Positions 35,216-49,614 of a stretch of 64,000 nt of DNA are shown here, piece after piece. The first letter of the stretch is position 1. Every line of letters starts with the position of its first letter. The DNA comes from Paragordius varius (Eukaryota > Animalia > Nematomorpha). The position numbers and the translations under genes are program-made. The notes beneath the pieces were generated by a model, which made no database searches, was not told the origin of the DNA, and saw only the letters and a program-made list of their open reading frames with translations. The stretch covers positions 3,720,001 through 3,784,000 of the forward strand of contig OZ176056.1 in NCBI GenBank assembly GCA_964247055.1, read 5' to 3'.

Positions 35216-37795
35216 GCATTTGAAAAATATATGGGCATTAACAAATATTTTATTAGCTTTTTAACACAAGACTGCAAAAACTACTTATTAATTTAACAAT
35301 TTTTGCTAGTTCATTGCTAGAAGTCGGAGATTGTTTCAGCAAATTTGTTTAGATAATTTAACATTACTAAGATTTCGTAAAAGTTTGCATTAAGTTATCG
35401 CAGGGTGCGTGTTGGCTACCCGTGGTTTAAAGTTTTGGTAAAATTAAGGCAAAATTTAAGATACCTTAAAATTTTTAGTAGGAGAAGGCATTAACTGCTT
35501 AACGTGTTTTACCTTATCCTAAACCCTGGAATTCATATATAAAATTTATGATGTTTTCCAGAAGTTAACAATCCATAGAACATATCTTTAAATGATTATG
35601 TATGTGATTCTTTTTACTTCAAGTATTAAAGGTTAATTTCATTTCAATCAAATAGGGAAAAAATGTATCTTTTTGAAAAAAATGATTTAACAATTTTATA
35701 ACTAAGGTGGTTAAATCAAATTAAAATAATGATTAAAGATTAAACAATAATTATTTTTTGGAAAGAAACATGTTTAAATTACTTATTTTAGAGGTGCCAT
35801 CGGAATCGAGCGATTCCTGAAATTTTGGCACAGAAATCGTTTGCTTCCTAAGAAACTTGAACCCTGCTTTTAACCCAACCGAATGATCGGCTTTTGCTAA
35901 GATCTGAGAGATTGGGTATTGGTTCTATGTGGTTCCGGTTCGAGTTTGAATTAAAAAATGCAAACGCGAGTATTTAAAAAAATCCTTCTATCTATCCCAT
36001 ACAATTTAAATGAATTAACTCGAAATATAAAAATGATTCTTGGGCCAATATAAATTCGAAGGGATTTATCGTTAAAAGACAAATTGGAAATATTCAAATG
36101 TAAACTTAAAATAAATTCTAAATCTGGCTAACTCAATAATTTATATCAAAGTTAGAGTCTTGAAAATTCTGGTTACATTTTAATTGCCCAATTCCCAGTA
36201 ATCGTGCATTTTGGTTATTTAAGCAAATATCTATATGGAATAGCGAATTGTAAGTTTTTTATTTTCTAATAAAAATAATTTTTTTAACACTTCGCTACCT
36301 ACTTTATTTAAAGTAAAAGTTTAAAAATGCTATTTCAATAAAAATATTAATCAAAATGATATATAGAAAGGATCAAATCAATTATTCTATTTTAAAATAT
36401 TTAAATCATTGCGTTTGATAAGATGTGCTTTATTACGCATAATAGCTTGATATAAGATTATATAGCATACAATTTACCATTAAACCAATTTTATTTAACT
36501 CATAATATTTAAATAAAATATATGGATGATTGTTTTTGTATCCAAAAATTATTCCTTTACACCATAAGGGATGACTAAAATTTAGGGAAACATTGTTAAA
36601 TGAAATATTTAAGATATTGTGGCTAACTTAAAATATTATCATCATTTATTAAAGCGGATAATATATTTTTCTTAAATTTTGGGTAGTTTAATAAAATGTA
36701 TATATAATTTGTCTTAATGTGTATCATAAGTTTAATCGAAACCCTAAAAATATCAACATATCATTGAATGGTAATCAGCTCACACAACTCCACAATAATT
36801 GTTTTATATTTAAATGCGACACGTTATTTAAGATAAATAGATGGCTTTTATATATTAGTATTAATTTTTAAAAGAATTGTTTAAATAAAATATTTGTAAT
36901 CTAACTGACAATTTTAATATAAGAGTGGATGAACCTAATAAACAAATAAGAAATATGGTATAATAAGATAAGCGGTCTATAATTTTACCATAACTTTTTT
37001 AAAATATGCATGATGACGTAATTTGCGTATGAAAATACATGATAACAATTGAATAAATCTGATTTTACAATAATAGTTAATTTCTTTTCAATTTTACGAT
37101 TTAACATTTTATTACATTTTCACTTCGTCATAGTCCTTTTGGGGTAATTTTATATCGCAGACCTAAATTTTGGAAATTTACTAAACTTTTAAAAGTTATT
37201 TTAGTTATAATTTCATCATCATACATTGTTCTCATGTGTTTGATAAAAAACTTGTATTTTTTACAATTGATTTTGTGACCCCTAGAGTTTAAAACACAGC
37301 TGATAAAAAATGATCAAGTTCCTAATAAAATATAGCCTGAAAGCTTTTTACAGCTAATTTAAACTTTCTAACCATAACACTTACTAGGATTATAGGAAAA
37401 ATGGCGGCTGAAAAGTTTGAGTGAGAATTTTTAAAAAATATTTTTTGTGTAATGCGCTTAAAAGACTAAAGAAAGCATTAAATTCAAATCGCTCTAAGAT
37501 TTAAAACTACCCCAAAAGGTAATGGAATGTTAATATTTTATGAAAGCCCTTTTCAAATACATCGATCATGAATAAACTCGCAAGGCGAATAATATAAGTG
37601 TTTATTAGAATAGAAAAAGGAAGTTTTATTTTAATGCGTGATTTTTCTTATCAAAATTCCAGTTCAGATAATTTTTTTTAAAAAAATATAAAAATAAAAA
37701 CTATGATAACAGTAATAATATTATATCTTTCCAGGATGCGTAAATCCACCACTATTAAGAATACTAAATTAAACCGAATAATGCATCACAACTAA

Positions 37796-38030
37796 CACTG
37801 TGTGCAAAAAAGAGGGTTAATTTTTTTTTAAATTATTTTTACCATGAGATAGCTAATAACCAGCAAATTCCTTTTCCGCAAAAATATTAACGATTCAGTT
37901 TTTGAAATATTAAGAGAGAATCGAAATCGGGAAAAAAGTGAAGATTAAGGATTAAGGATAATTCAAAAAATAACAATAAAACTTCTATTATGGTTTATTA
38001 TAATTTTAGGAGATATTTTAATATATATAA
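37796..38030. mobile_element. Foldback family A, copy 4 (left arm only)
   Basis: cactgtgtgcaaaaaagagggtt...catgagatagct...gagagaatcgaaatcggg. Confidence 0.8.
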
Positions 38031-38624
38031 AAAGTCTAAAGTTCATATTCCATAAATATAAATTGCCCGTAAACTATTTTAAAAACTACATGAATACAAT
38101 TAATTTTATTTTAAAATATTCTAAGATTCATTTTTCATATATAAATTTTTCCTATTTATTAAAAATAAAAAAACGGTCTCTAATCGTCTCCTACCAAATA
38201 TCTCCAATACAGGAAATTAATCATATTAGTTCTAATTAAAAATTATTATTAATTTTTTTTAAATAATTGTTTTTTTTCATATGGATAAACATTTCACGCT
38301 TCGTAAAAAACTAAAAATGCCATAAAACTTCTTTTAATTTACCATATGCTTAATATTTTGGACATAATAAATATTATTATTATGATATTATTGTTATGAG
38401 AATATTTTTAATTTAGTATTAATTATAAACTAGATATAAAGTCAAACAATCAAATTGCATCCGTTTATGTTATGTATATAAATGAAGAAAAATTGATGAC
38501 CTTCAAAATCTTACAGGCGGAACTGTTATAAAATATATAAAACAAAACAAATAAAACCAAAAAAATTGCATTTACAAAATTATTTATCCTTTACAAATTA
38601 TTATTCGATCGAAAAAATTAGATA

Positions 38625-41600
38625 ATGTGCAAAACTGTGCCATTAAATCCAAACATTAAAATGCCATTGATTGGATGTATGTATATTAAATATAATATTT
38701 TTTACAAATTTTGTTTCACGATATAATTTTTTAGTTTAATATTTTATTGTAACCCGTTTCAATGTGTGTGAATATTTGATAGTTGGAACTTGGATGATAG
38801 AAAATGGCCAGGTGATACATAAAGTATTGGATTCTGCTCTTGAAGCCGGCTACCGAGCCATTGGTAAAGTTTATTTAAGCATTAAATCATGTACAATTTA
38901 CTTATCAAATTGCCCTTGAACAATTTAAATTCACCTTTAAACAATTTAAATTCACCTTTAATACATTCAAATTCACCCTTGAATAATTCAAATCACCTTT
39001 AAAAATACAAATTTCCCCATAAAAAAGTGTAATATATTAAAAGTTAAAATTTTTTGTATTTTTTTAAAGAAATTCTCTTAAAATTAACATAATATTAAAA
39101 AAATAATAATCTTTCTAATAAAGAAATAATTTATATCACTGATGATGAGTTATATTAGCCCGAAAACAGATAATATATTTTTAGGATGAATTTGAATTGT
39201 TCATCAAGGATAAATTCGAGTTGTAAATGGTATACCTAAAATTATCCCACTAAACTTTTAAAATAAAATTATGAGGACTAATTTACACCAAATCAATATT
39301 GTTTTAACTTGAACCCAATATTTACATTTCTTATTAATAATCACCAAATTAAGACATTTATATAATAGATAAATATATATTTTTGCCATAGGTTGGAAAA
39401 GTGATTACATGTATAATTGCAGGTATAAACATTTTTTAGAAGTTGGGTCAATCACATGCATTTTTAAAGATAAAATAGCATCTCTAACAAACGTAATGGT
39501 AAATTATTATTTGCAATGAATAGGTAAATATAGTTAATATTAAACGAATATTTAACTTTTATTGTGACATTTTCCGGTAACTTAAAACTAAATGCAGCAG
39601 GATTTATTTTTAACGTTACTAGACCCCATTAAATCTTTTATTCAACACTTATAATGCTCAATTTTAAGTTGATAATAGGTGAATGAATCATTAATTGACT
39701 ATAAAGAAAATATTTTTTATTTTATGGTTCGCTTGTCATGTAAAAAACATGGAAAGTTTGATTCGTAATATTTGTAGAGAATTTTTTATGTGTCCTTTGA
39801 ATATAATTTTGGGTGATTTTTTTAAAATGAAATTGCGGTACAGTTTTCTAAACCAAGCAGAGTTCCGACTGTATCATGATAAAAAAAAATTTTTATCATG
39901 ATTTTAACAAGAATGATCTTCTACTCGGATCGGAAAAGGATTGTTTTAGGTTTGTTCTTCAACTATTTTTGCTTCCGAATTTAATTATCAAACATTAAAA
40001 ATGTTTAAACTGAATGTTACAATTCCGATTTCAATTAAAATCTTCTTTTTTGAATAATTTTGGTTTTGCGGACGATTTTTTTAAGATCAATTACTTACAT
40101 ATAGTATTTATCTAAACAAAAAATAACAGATATTATGTTCCATAACTTTTGCGGTAGCTTTGCGTCCTAGAGGCACTTTAACTTAGAATATCATATAGAG
40201 GTTATAAGATATTGTCATATATAAAAATATGCATTTTTAGCCTTTTAGGCGCATGATTAAAATTTCAATTTTTAAAAATGTAAAATTGTAAAGAAATCCT
40301 TTTCTTAAACTTTCACATCGCCATTTGAATTTTTTGTAGGTAAATAATTTATAAAGCTTAAAATTGCAATTTAGCATCTAATTTTTCAATTATTGATTTG
40401 ATTCAACTGTTTTTTTGCATTAGAATTTGGAGGTGTTCCTATATGAACTTTAGAAGTTAGAACACTGTAAAAATAATTTTATCTAATATTAAAGAATATG
40501 TTTGACAGTTAGAATTTTACAAGTTTAAGCTCTGAGTACAAAATTACCCAAAATGTCGTTAAATTAAACGAAAAGCTAACGAAGTTATAATTGTATAAAA
40601 TAATTTATAAATAAAACGAAATTCTAACTAATATATAGCTATTTAAAAATGGAAATGCTTGTTTAAGTCTCTAAATTAGTTTGAAATTAGTTTTTGCACG
40701 TTTTTGGTAAACTAAAAAGAATGTTTTAGGTTTCATACACTATTTTTTAATATTTATATTATATTTGTACCATGGAAAAAACATTGTTTATAAAGAAACA
40801 TAGAATTAATGATTCTGGTTTACCAGGGGTATTCATAAGATTTTACCGGTTTTTCGGTAAAAACACATGTAATATCAAGTGAAATTAATTAATTTTATTT
40901 CAATTCTCACCGGCTTCCGCATTTCACTCATATCTAATAAATGAATGCCGAACCATAAAAGCTGATTAACTTTTGCAGTTAACCATTCGTCAGGCTATTT
41001 TCCAACTTCGAAATTATTAAAGTGTTGTTCCAGGTGCCCCAATGACGCTGCATTATTCAGATGGGGCTAGGTGAGGAGAGTTCAGCGGATACGCAAAAAA
41101 TTTCAATCAAAGCGATTTTAAGGTGTCATTTGCTGTGAGAAACGAGCCTTATCTAGCGAAATCGTTTTGCTATGTTTTTGGCTCATTTCAGTTGTTTTTT
41201 GATTAATACATGGTCGTCATATATTTGTCAACTCTAAACAAATACACGGGACTTCAAAAGTTTAATGCAAATACTACGGTCAAGATACAGTTCATGATTT
41301 TACTGAAGCGCTTTGGCACTGTGGATTGAAGGGCTTGGCATGAACGCCATGATTTTTCCGCTTTAGATTACAAAATAAATAATTAGTCATCAGTGGCGAT
41401 CCGATGATAAAATGATTTCTTCTCGTGACACTAAAACAGGAATAAAATCACTTTAAGATTTTCGATTTTACGTTCATTCGAATTGAGGACCTATTTTTCA
41501 AGTTTGTTGGTTTTTCCCATTCTCGCAGACATATATTAATTGTTTTTGTGATACAAGTAATGCCTGTGCTAATTGTAGTTTGAGTTGGATCATCCTCAAT

Positions 41601-43130
41601 AACTCTTGGACTTGTTCGCAGTTGTATTACCAAAGGCTTTCTTTTACATGAAATCACAACTTAATATTTAGACACTTTTCGCATGTGTCAATCGATAGAG
41701 TATGTTTACTATATGTGTCTACTACCAAACGATAACTTTTAACAGTCTATTTCTTTTGATGGCAAAGTGTGCCGAAATTCTTTTCAGGAAAATTCAACAT
41801 GAATTAACAATAAAAATTAGTCGTTTCGGTGAGCGCGATTTGGTTGAGTTTGACGATTAATGTCAGATGAACGAAATGGGGTATGAAACCAATTATTCGT
41901 CTTAAGAACTTGTATATACACCTGGTGAATAAAAATAAAAAAGAGGGAAATTAGAATTTTGATAAATATCATTGGTAGAATGAATTTTTAGAATAGATTT
42001 CTAAAAATATGTGTGATCCGTAATCAAATATGGCAGCTTCGATCCATGGTATTTCTTTAGACTTGAAATAGTAAAACACTTTGTAGTGTTTTTCATATTA
42101 AAAGAGCTTAAATTATTTGAAATCAACAATAGATAATTTTACTTATAAAGTATTACACAAATTTATTTAATTTAGATACAGCTCAAAATTATGGTAATGA
42201 GGGTTTTATTGGCATGAGTTTAGAAAAACTATTGGCCAAGCACAATCTCAAACGCGAAGACGTTTTTGTTACATCCAAATTAGGTAACACTGATTTAAAT
42301 GTTGATTATATATCAAAGATTCTAAAGGAATTTATGTTCAACTTATTTTTTACCATATTTTTTCATTCATAATTCCATAAATATTAATAGTTCAAGAATC
42401 ATGTATAATTATCACATTAAAAAACTAATAAATATGGCTTGAGTTCTTTTACGAGTATAATAATGAATAAGTTTGATTCAATATTTCTTTTTAATTTTAG
42501 ACAATTTGAATCATGGTGAAAAGGCATCCAAATCTATTGAACAATCACTAAGGGCATTACGAACGGATTACATCGATTTATTTTTGATACATTGGCCCGG
42601 AATCGAGTTACTAGATCCTTCCGACAAGAAAAACGCCGAAATTCGCAGAATCAGTTGGAACATTTTAGAAAAGTTTACCAAAGCGGGATATTTAAGGAAT
42701 ATAGGTGTTTCCAATTATCACATTAAGCACCTAAAACCTATGCTGGATGATGGTTCAATAACCATAAAGCCTGTAGTAAATCAATGTGAATTCCATCCGT
42801 ACCTGTTTGATAAAAAGTTATTGGATTACTGTAAATCCCATAACATACAATTTCAATCTTATTCCACGCTTGGTTCACATAGAGGAAACAAATGCCTACT
42901 AGCCGATTCTCAAATTAGCCTTATAGCTCAAAAATATGGAGTAACACCTTCCCAAGTTATCCGGAAATGGGCTTTACAACATGGAGTTGCTATCATACCA
43001 AAATCTACTCAGATAAATCACATTCGTGAAAATATTCAGCTAAATCATTTTACATTAGACGATAAGGATATGCAGGACATAAATAATTTAAATAAAAATA
43101 AGCGGTGGTGTTGGGATCCAACTCCTATAC

Positions 43131-43135
<5 letters not shown>
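38625..43135 (+). CDS. Aldo-keto reductase (AKR superfamily), 4 exons, 291 aa
   Basis: join(38625..38676,38783..38863,42176..42283,42501..43135), 876 nt, phases consistent. MCKTVPLNPNIKMPLIGFGTW...GYRAIDTAQNYGNE...FVTSKL...LFLIHWPG...IGVSNY...VNQCEFHPY...IPKS. Catalytic tetrad Asp, Tyr, Lys and His is intact. Confidence 0.93.
38890..39234. mobile_element. MITE family C in AKR intron 2
   Basis: Four to five 21-bp units aattcacc(c/t)ttgaacaatt(c/t)a; right terminus ttgtaaatggtata. Confidence 0.75.
40822..41926 (-). mobile_element. Decayed mariner transposon in AKR intron 2
   Basis: Degenerate TIRs accaggggtattcataagatttta / accaggtgtatatacaagttctta (18 of 24 match; Mos1-like CCAGGTG). Minus-strand remnants KSYRLVVDTYSKHTLSIDTCEK, IEDDPTQT, YPLNSPHLAPSE, DEWLTAK. 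Confidence 0.85.

Positions 43136-43136
<1 letters not shown>

Positions 43137-43179
<43 letters not shown>
43137..43179. repeat. (TA)n microsatellite right after the AKR stop codon
   Basis: About 21 TA units. Similar tracts near 5907, 7614, 20365, 45059 and 48967. Confidence 0.95.
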
Positions 43180-43182
<3 letters not shown>

Positions 43183-45054
43183 CAATAACTCGCTTACAGA
43201 ATACTATAAAACGTTAGGGGTTACGTTGCAGATTAATAAATATTAAAAAAAACTCATTAACCAATAAGATGTAATTTAAATATATGTAAATTATGAGTAA
43301 AAATGGCTTTTGAAAATAACAGATAATTATTTAGCTTAATAATCAACAAAAATTAAGAGTCTAAAAGTAGTATATATTACAATAAAGTGGTTTCATAAAA
43401 TTTTAAAGCGAAATACCTAATTTATGTAAAGTTTTTTTTGATAAAAAATAATTAATCGTTTGTAATCAAAGCTGGGGAAATAAAATATAAGCGTTTTGAT
43501 AAATTTTACATAGATATATATATAATAAGATGGATTTACATATTATAGTGTAATGTTATATAATAAAATTACACTATATTTTCTCCATCTCAGCAATCGA
43601 ACGGGTTAGCCACATGTTATCCAAAAATTATGTTTGAATATATTAAAACCTTAGCAATATTATCGAATACTCTTGATTTTATTTCTTTGCTTTTTTTATT
43701 GTCGAAACCTATTGAACAAATGTTTGCATAGTTTAAACCATATTTTTCAAATGAAAATTATTATTATTTGCAACGTGACTATAATTTTTTTAGTATTCTG
43801 AAATCTGCTTAGTTTTTTTATCCAAAATTGTACAAATTACACTGACCTTAAATTTGGTACAATATAATTTACAGATAAATATTAATAATACATCATTGTT
43901 TGTTTCACTATTTTAATAAAGCTTAATCTAAATTTAGTAGTAACGGATGAATATATGCACAGCAGGATAAATTTGTTAAAATTATTTTATTTTGAATATT
44001 TACTCAAAAAACAGTATGAACTAATCTTTCATTAAAGTGCAAGAGTATTATATTATAGATTATTAAAATTTGGTTTTAGCCATAGTGAAATGGAATATGA
44101 AGCAAATTTTTAGAAAGCACATGAGACCGTAAAATTTAATAATGGTTTTAGGATTGGGGAAGTAATAGAATTCTAGTTAGCATTTTGATGAGCAGTTGAG
44201 TAAAACTTTATCTTCTGTGAAATGTCTTACAATAGGTGGTTTTAAATTTAAATTTTATATGATTGAACAGATTTTAAAAAATTTTTTAGTTTTTTTCCTA
44301 AAGTCACAACTTGATTTAAACGTTTTAATTGGTTGCTGAGTAAGGCTAAACACCTTTGTAAAATGGGCTACCAATCACACATAATATAGCCAAATATTAG
44401 AAAAGTATAAGCTCCATGGGATTTAAAACTAATTTTATGCAACAATGCACTAATGTTTCAGATCGATTATAATTAAATTGTTAAATTATATTTTACTTAA
44501 AAATGATTTTTCTGACAGAGAGGAAAATAGCCGAATGAGTATCCCTTATTATAATCAATCGTGTAGTACAGTCCCCACCCCTTTTTAGCCCATCCTGATT
44601 GTAAAAAATTTTTTATGCCCCGCTCCTTCCGAAAAAACAAAGATAAAAATGCGAAATATTATTAAAATTAAAATCAATGAGTCCTTGGTTTGCGATTGTT
44701 GAAATATTTTTTCCATATCGGGGACAAATGAAATTTGGTCAAAAAATCCTAATTAACCTTCAATTTGTTTTTAGATTTTTAAATCTAATTTTACATCAAT
44801 ACGAAGTACTAAGGCAATTTGAGATAATTTGGATATTAGTTATGCACTTTTATCTAAAATTTCTTGATATTATAATTAGCAAAGCGATTATATATATAAA
44901 TTATATTTCAACTCAAATGCCTCTTATTGTATTTCTCGAAAGAGTTACATCAACTGTTAGATGATTAACTGTTAGGTTAATTGACCATGTAATTTAACAG
45001 TTAAAGAAAAATAATTAAATACAATATGTGAATTTAAGAATCTAACAATACTTC

Positions 45055-45090
<36 letters not shown>

Positions 45091-47120
45091 TAACATATAA
45101 ATAATGGAACCAATTATTAATTAATGGTTTATATCTACTAACATTTATTTAAGGTTGTTTCTCCGAATTTGACGCGCCCCCTAGATTTTTCTATGCCCCC
45201 TTGGAAACCAATGACATTAGAAATTTTATAAACACTTTTTCCAATTAAATTTTTACCATTTCTATTATCTTATTTTAATAAAACATTTGTTCGTCTTTAA
45301 ATATGTACTGTGTCCACAAAAAATAACCTCATGAAATATATGTATGATAGGGAAATGTATCAAGAATATAATGGTATTTTTGGTTTCGCCCTTACGAGTG
45401 ATATGAGAGAGTTTTTTACACTTGTGGTAAGTGTAACAGAAAATGGTAAAATTTACGCATATTTTTAATATTTTTTAGGTGGAATCTAAATGCTCATTTC
45501 AAAAAATTTCAGTAAAAATATCATAAACTATATATAAGCAATTTTTTCAAAAAAAGTCCCAATATTTTTTGCTTTTCAAAAATGGGCTCGTTCTCCCAAA
45601 ACAACCAAAAAATGGGATTGCGCGATATAAATTATAACATTTACTAAATTATGACATGAAAATAATATATTTTTAGTGAATGCATACTTTATACGATAAT
45701 TTAATTTTTATTTTAAAGCGTACTTCTATTTCTAGGCATGATAAAAACGGTAAAAAAATGTTTTTATATTATAATAAAACTTTCGTAATGATGATTTCTA
45801 TCGCTCAAGAATATTATTTTAAGAATTTACTTCTAAATTTCGGTAAATTTTTGTAATAAAACACAAATGATATTTAAAATTTGAAGTCGATTGAATATTT
45901 TAATGAAGATTCCGAGGTGAAGAAATGTTCAGCATCATCAAATTATATATAAAAGGTATTTTTTAAGGCTTGAAGCGTTTTTATACCGCTTTTATCATGC
46001 CTCTAATATGAACTGCGCTACCAAATTTTTCTCAAAATTAATTTTGTGAAATGCATTTTTAAAATTATTTTTATTTGATATCAAAATTTAGCATATATTA
46101 TCGCTAAATCCCGGCATTTTTTCCTTTATTATGGGTGAATTCCGAAATCAGTGTATTTTATGAAAAACATATTTCATTTTTTTGAGGACGAAATCTATGA
46201 ATTTATATGAGATAAAGATCAACATCATTTTACTATTTTAATAATTATTAAGATTTAAAAGCGTACCTCAACAAGGCAAGGCTCTAAAATCGCATAAGAC
46301 AAAAAATTGCATTAAATTTTAAATCAAATTATGACTCTTAAAACATTCCTGATTACATTATGCATTTTAATGGTTTATTATCTCACACAATACTAGGGTA
46401 ATTTGCAACACAGTAATGTATGGAAAAAGGAAAGGAAATAATTGTTTATTCAGCATTTTGTTGTTTTTTTTCATACGCTACTGTGATGCAAATTGACAAA
46501 TTATAGTAAATTAGCAACCATTAAAATGCACATTGTAATATGTAGTGTATATTAAAAGTTTTATTGCGCAAGCCATGATTGCGTTTATTTTTAAAACTAG
46601 CTTGTTTTAGAGGGGTAAACTTGCAACTTTCAGAGCCTAGGTCTAACCTTAATTTATTTTTTTAGTTTTTAAATATGGTTTATGATATAGATTAATTTTA
46701 TTCTTTGGAAAAAAGCTAACTTAAATTAAAATAGTAATAATAAGGCATAATATGCGCTAAATTTGTGATTTTTATGGACCACATATAGCTATAAATAATG
46801 ACATTTATCTAAATACTTTAAGCTCTTAAAGGCTTTCTGCATCCAAAATCGGGATTATAAAAAAATAACCTGATAATATTCTGAAAGAATAATGATCAGA
46901 ATTATAATAATGCTTTTGGTGCTAGCCTTGAATGAATTTAGAAAGTTATTTATATTTTTGTGGTAAGTGCTCTATATCTGAAAATGGCAAATTTAGACAT
47001 ATTTTTTAAATAAAATTATTTAGGTGAAAGCTAGAGGATTCATTCAAGAAAATATCACTAAAATATATTAGAAGCTACATATAAAGAGGAAAACTATATT
47101 TTCAAAAAATTAATTTTTAG

Positions 47121-47705
47121 GTGTGGGCAGCCGATAAGCATAAAGTTACAACGGCAAAAGTATGATTATCTAACGTGGAAAATGTTTAACACGTACAGTA
47201 TGCTTATTAGTGTAGTTGGATTCGCATTTTTTGGACAATTGGCGATACAGTAGCCATTTTTCCCAATACAATATTTATTATTTAATTTGGATAATCGTGT
47301 TTTCAGGTGGTACTATATTACCAATCAAGGATAAATAATGTTTGACCTACATTAATGTGCATACTGTATATAGAGAAATTATTATTCTTATTAACAAATG
47401 TCCAATATGGTTTTTTTTTCTTAAAAATTTTTTTAAAGCCAACTTTTAGCCAATTTTAATTATCTTTTATCTTTATTTTGTAATATATTATTCAGGTCCT
47501 TCTTAAATGGCCCTTGCAACATGGCGTTGTTATTATACCAAAATCGAGTAACCCGAAACGTGTTAAAGATAATATCCAGTTATTTGATTTTGAACTTGAT
47601 AGCGAAGACATGGCTAAATTGGATGGTCTCAATAAGGATAAACAATGGTATGGAATAAAATACTATTATTTAATCATTGTTTACCGTTTTCATATCACCA
47701 TCTAG
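47121..47705 (+). pseudogene. Orphan 3' exons of a second aldo-keto reductase (AKR1-like)
   Basis: 47121..47159 (VWAADKHKVTTAK) joins 47496..47705 (VLLKWPLQHGVVIIPKSSNPKRVKDNIQLFDFELDSEDMAKLDGLNKDKQW...) in phase 0. No upstream exons recognised. Confidence 0.7.
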
Positions 47706-47730
47706 TCTACAATTGTTGTTTATTTGTCGA

Positions 47731-48621
47731 AATTAAAAAATATTTACTACCTAAACTCACTATTAAAATCTTAAGATTCATATTTTATTCAGTAAAATAA
47801 ATTTCTAAATCAAAATAAAACCAAAAATATTGTTTTTTATTTTTCATTTTTTGTCATCTGGTTTACGAGTGTATAAAAAATTTATATATTTTATTTTGGA
47901 TTCTTACATGAGAGGAAATTATTAAGTATATAATTTATGCAAAATAGGATTTAAAAGTAGTGGAATATCATCCAACAATCCTTACAAATCCCTGTAACAA
48001 GTCTGTTTTATGACAAAATAATATTTGTATTGGGATTACGGATTATTGATTGATATTTCACTAATTTTAAATTCTATTTTGCATAAATTATATACATTTT
48101 CGCACTCATGTAAGGTTCCAAAATAAAACAGTTTAAATTAATTATACACTCAAAAAGCAGATACAAAAATATGTAAAAATAAAAAACAATATTTTTTGGT
48201 TTTATTTTGATATGTTACTTTTTTTTCCTGGATAAAATATGGATGTTAAGATTTATTTAGTGAGTTTAGGTGAAAATAATAAATCATTTTTATATATTTA
48301 AAAAAATTTGTCTTGTCAGTGAATTAAACGAAAAACACCATCTTTTGAGCTAAAATTTTGTATAAACCCTAACTATATGATTTTAGGCCATTTTGAAAAT
48401 ATAATCTAAAATGATAATAAACCATAATATCTCAAATTTTTTCATTATTTTTTGAATTATCCTTAATTTTCACTTTTTTCCTGATTTCGAGTTTCTCTCA
48501 ATATTTCCAAAACTAAGTTGTCAACAAATAATAATTTTGCGACAAAAGAAATCACTGGCCATAAGCTATCTTATGAAATAAAAATTTTTTTCTTAAAATG
48601 ACCCTATTTTTGCACAGAGTG
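47731..48621. mobile_element. Foldback family A, copy 5 (left arm truncated, inverted relative to copy 1)
   Basis: Ends aaaatgaccctatttttgcacagagtg; spacer is the reverse complement of the copy 1 spacer. Confidence 0.85.
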
Positions 48622-48964
48622 TTTATATGCTTTTAATTACAACAAAAAATATTTTTGAAAAATGCATACATCTTTCAAAATTTAAATATGCATATTTTTG
48701 TTGAAGACTATTTTCAGGCATTGTAAATTAAATATATAAAAAAGATCAAATATTGTGTAAACAAATAATTTTATTATAAAATATCAGTTAAAATTTTTTG
48801 TTAAATTATCCATGAATTTTCATAATTATAATATAATTTATATGATAAATTACTAAATCAATTGATCTATTTTATTTGCAGACTCACGAATTATGTCCCA
48901 TGCATATAACATATCTGATTCATTTGTTTTAGGGCATCCAACTGAAAACCTACACATCATAAAC

Positions 48965-49007
<43 letters not shown>

Positions 49008-49614
49008 TTGGAATTGGAATTATAGTGGTAAGTAATATTTTATATAAGAAGAAATATGGTTTAAAAAATTAAGTTGCATTTTAACAAAAAATATTTGTCT
49101 TTATATTTTCGCATTTTGCCCGTATTACTTTAATTTTTACTTTATAAATATATATGTATGCATAACTGAAGCAATGAAATACAAATCTGACATAAAATAG
49201 TTATTGTTTCATAATTACAATAATAGAAAATAAGGACTATGTATGATGGAGGCAAATATGTGGGGAAAATTTGTGTTTAGAAAATTATATAAACATCATA
49301 GATAGAGGCCTGATCAATTAATCATATAAAAATAATGTATGACTTGCCATTTCAAAAAAAGATGTGTACCTGGTGTTATTAATCATTAGCAGTTTAAATA
49401 GGGATATCACCAAAAGTAAGCCACCATTAATAATATGAGAATTAGAAGATAATGGTGATTCCGCCAAAAATAGTGTCTTATTTCATTTAGCAATGAATAC
49501 AAATTTACATTTGCGACACGCATTGCTTTTCTTATTTGAAAAAAAATTTAGACTTTGGAAGTTTTATTTTAACCCGGAGTATCCAGTTAAGGAAAAAAGA
49601 TTTTAAATATGAAG

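Noticed and set aside
35780-35990. GC-richer segment that looks coding
   Set aside because: The frames I translated close quickly and show no recognisable motif or phase-consistent partner exon.
44110-44165. ETVKFNNGFRIG as first exon of the second AKR
   Set aside because: No in-frame ATG, wrong donor phase and no following AKR exons; may be chance.
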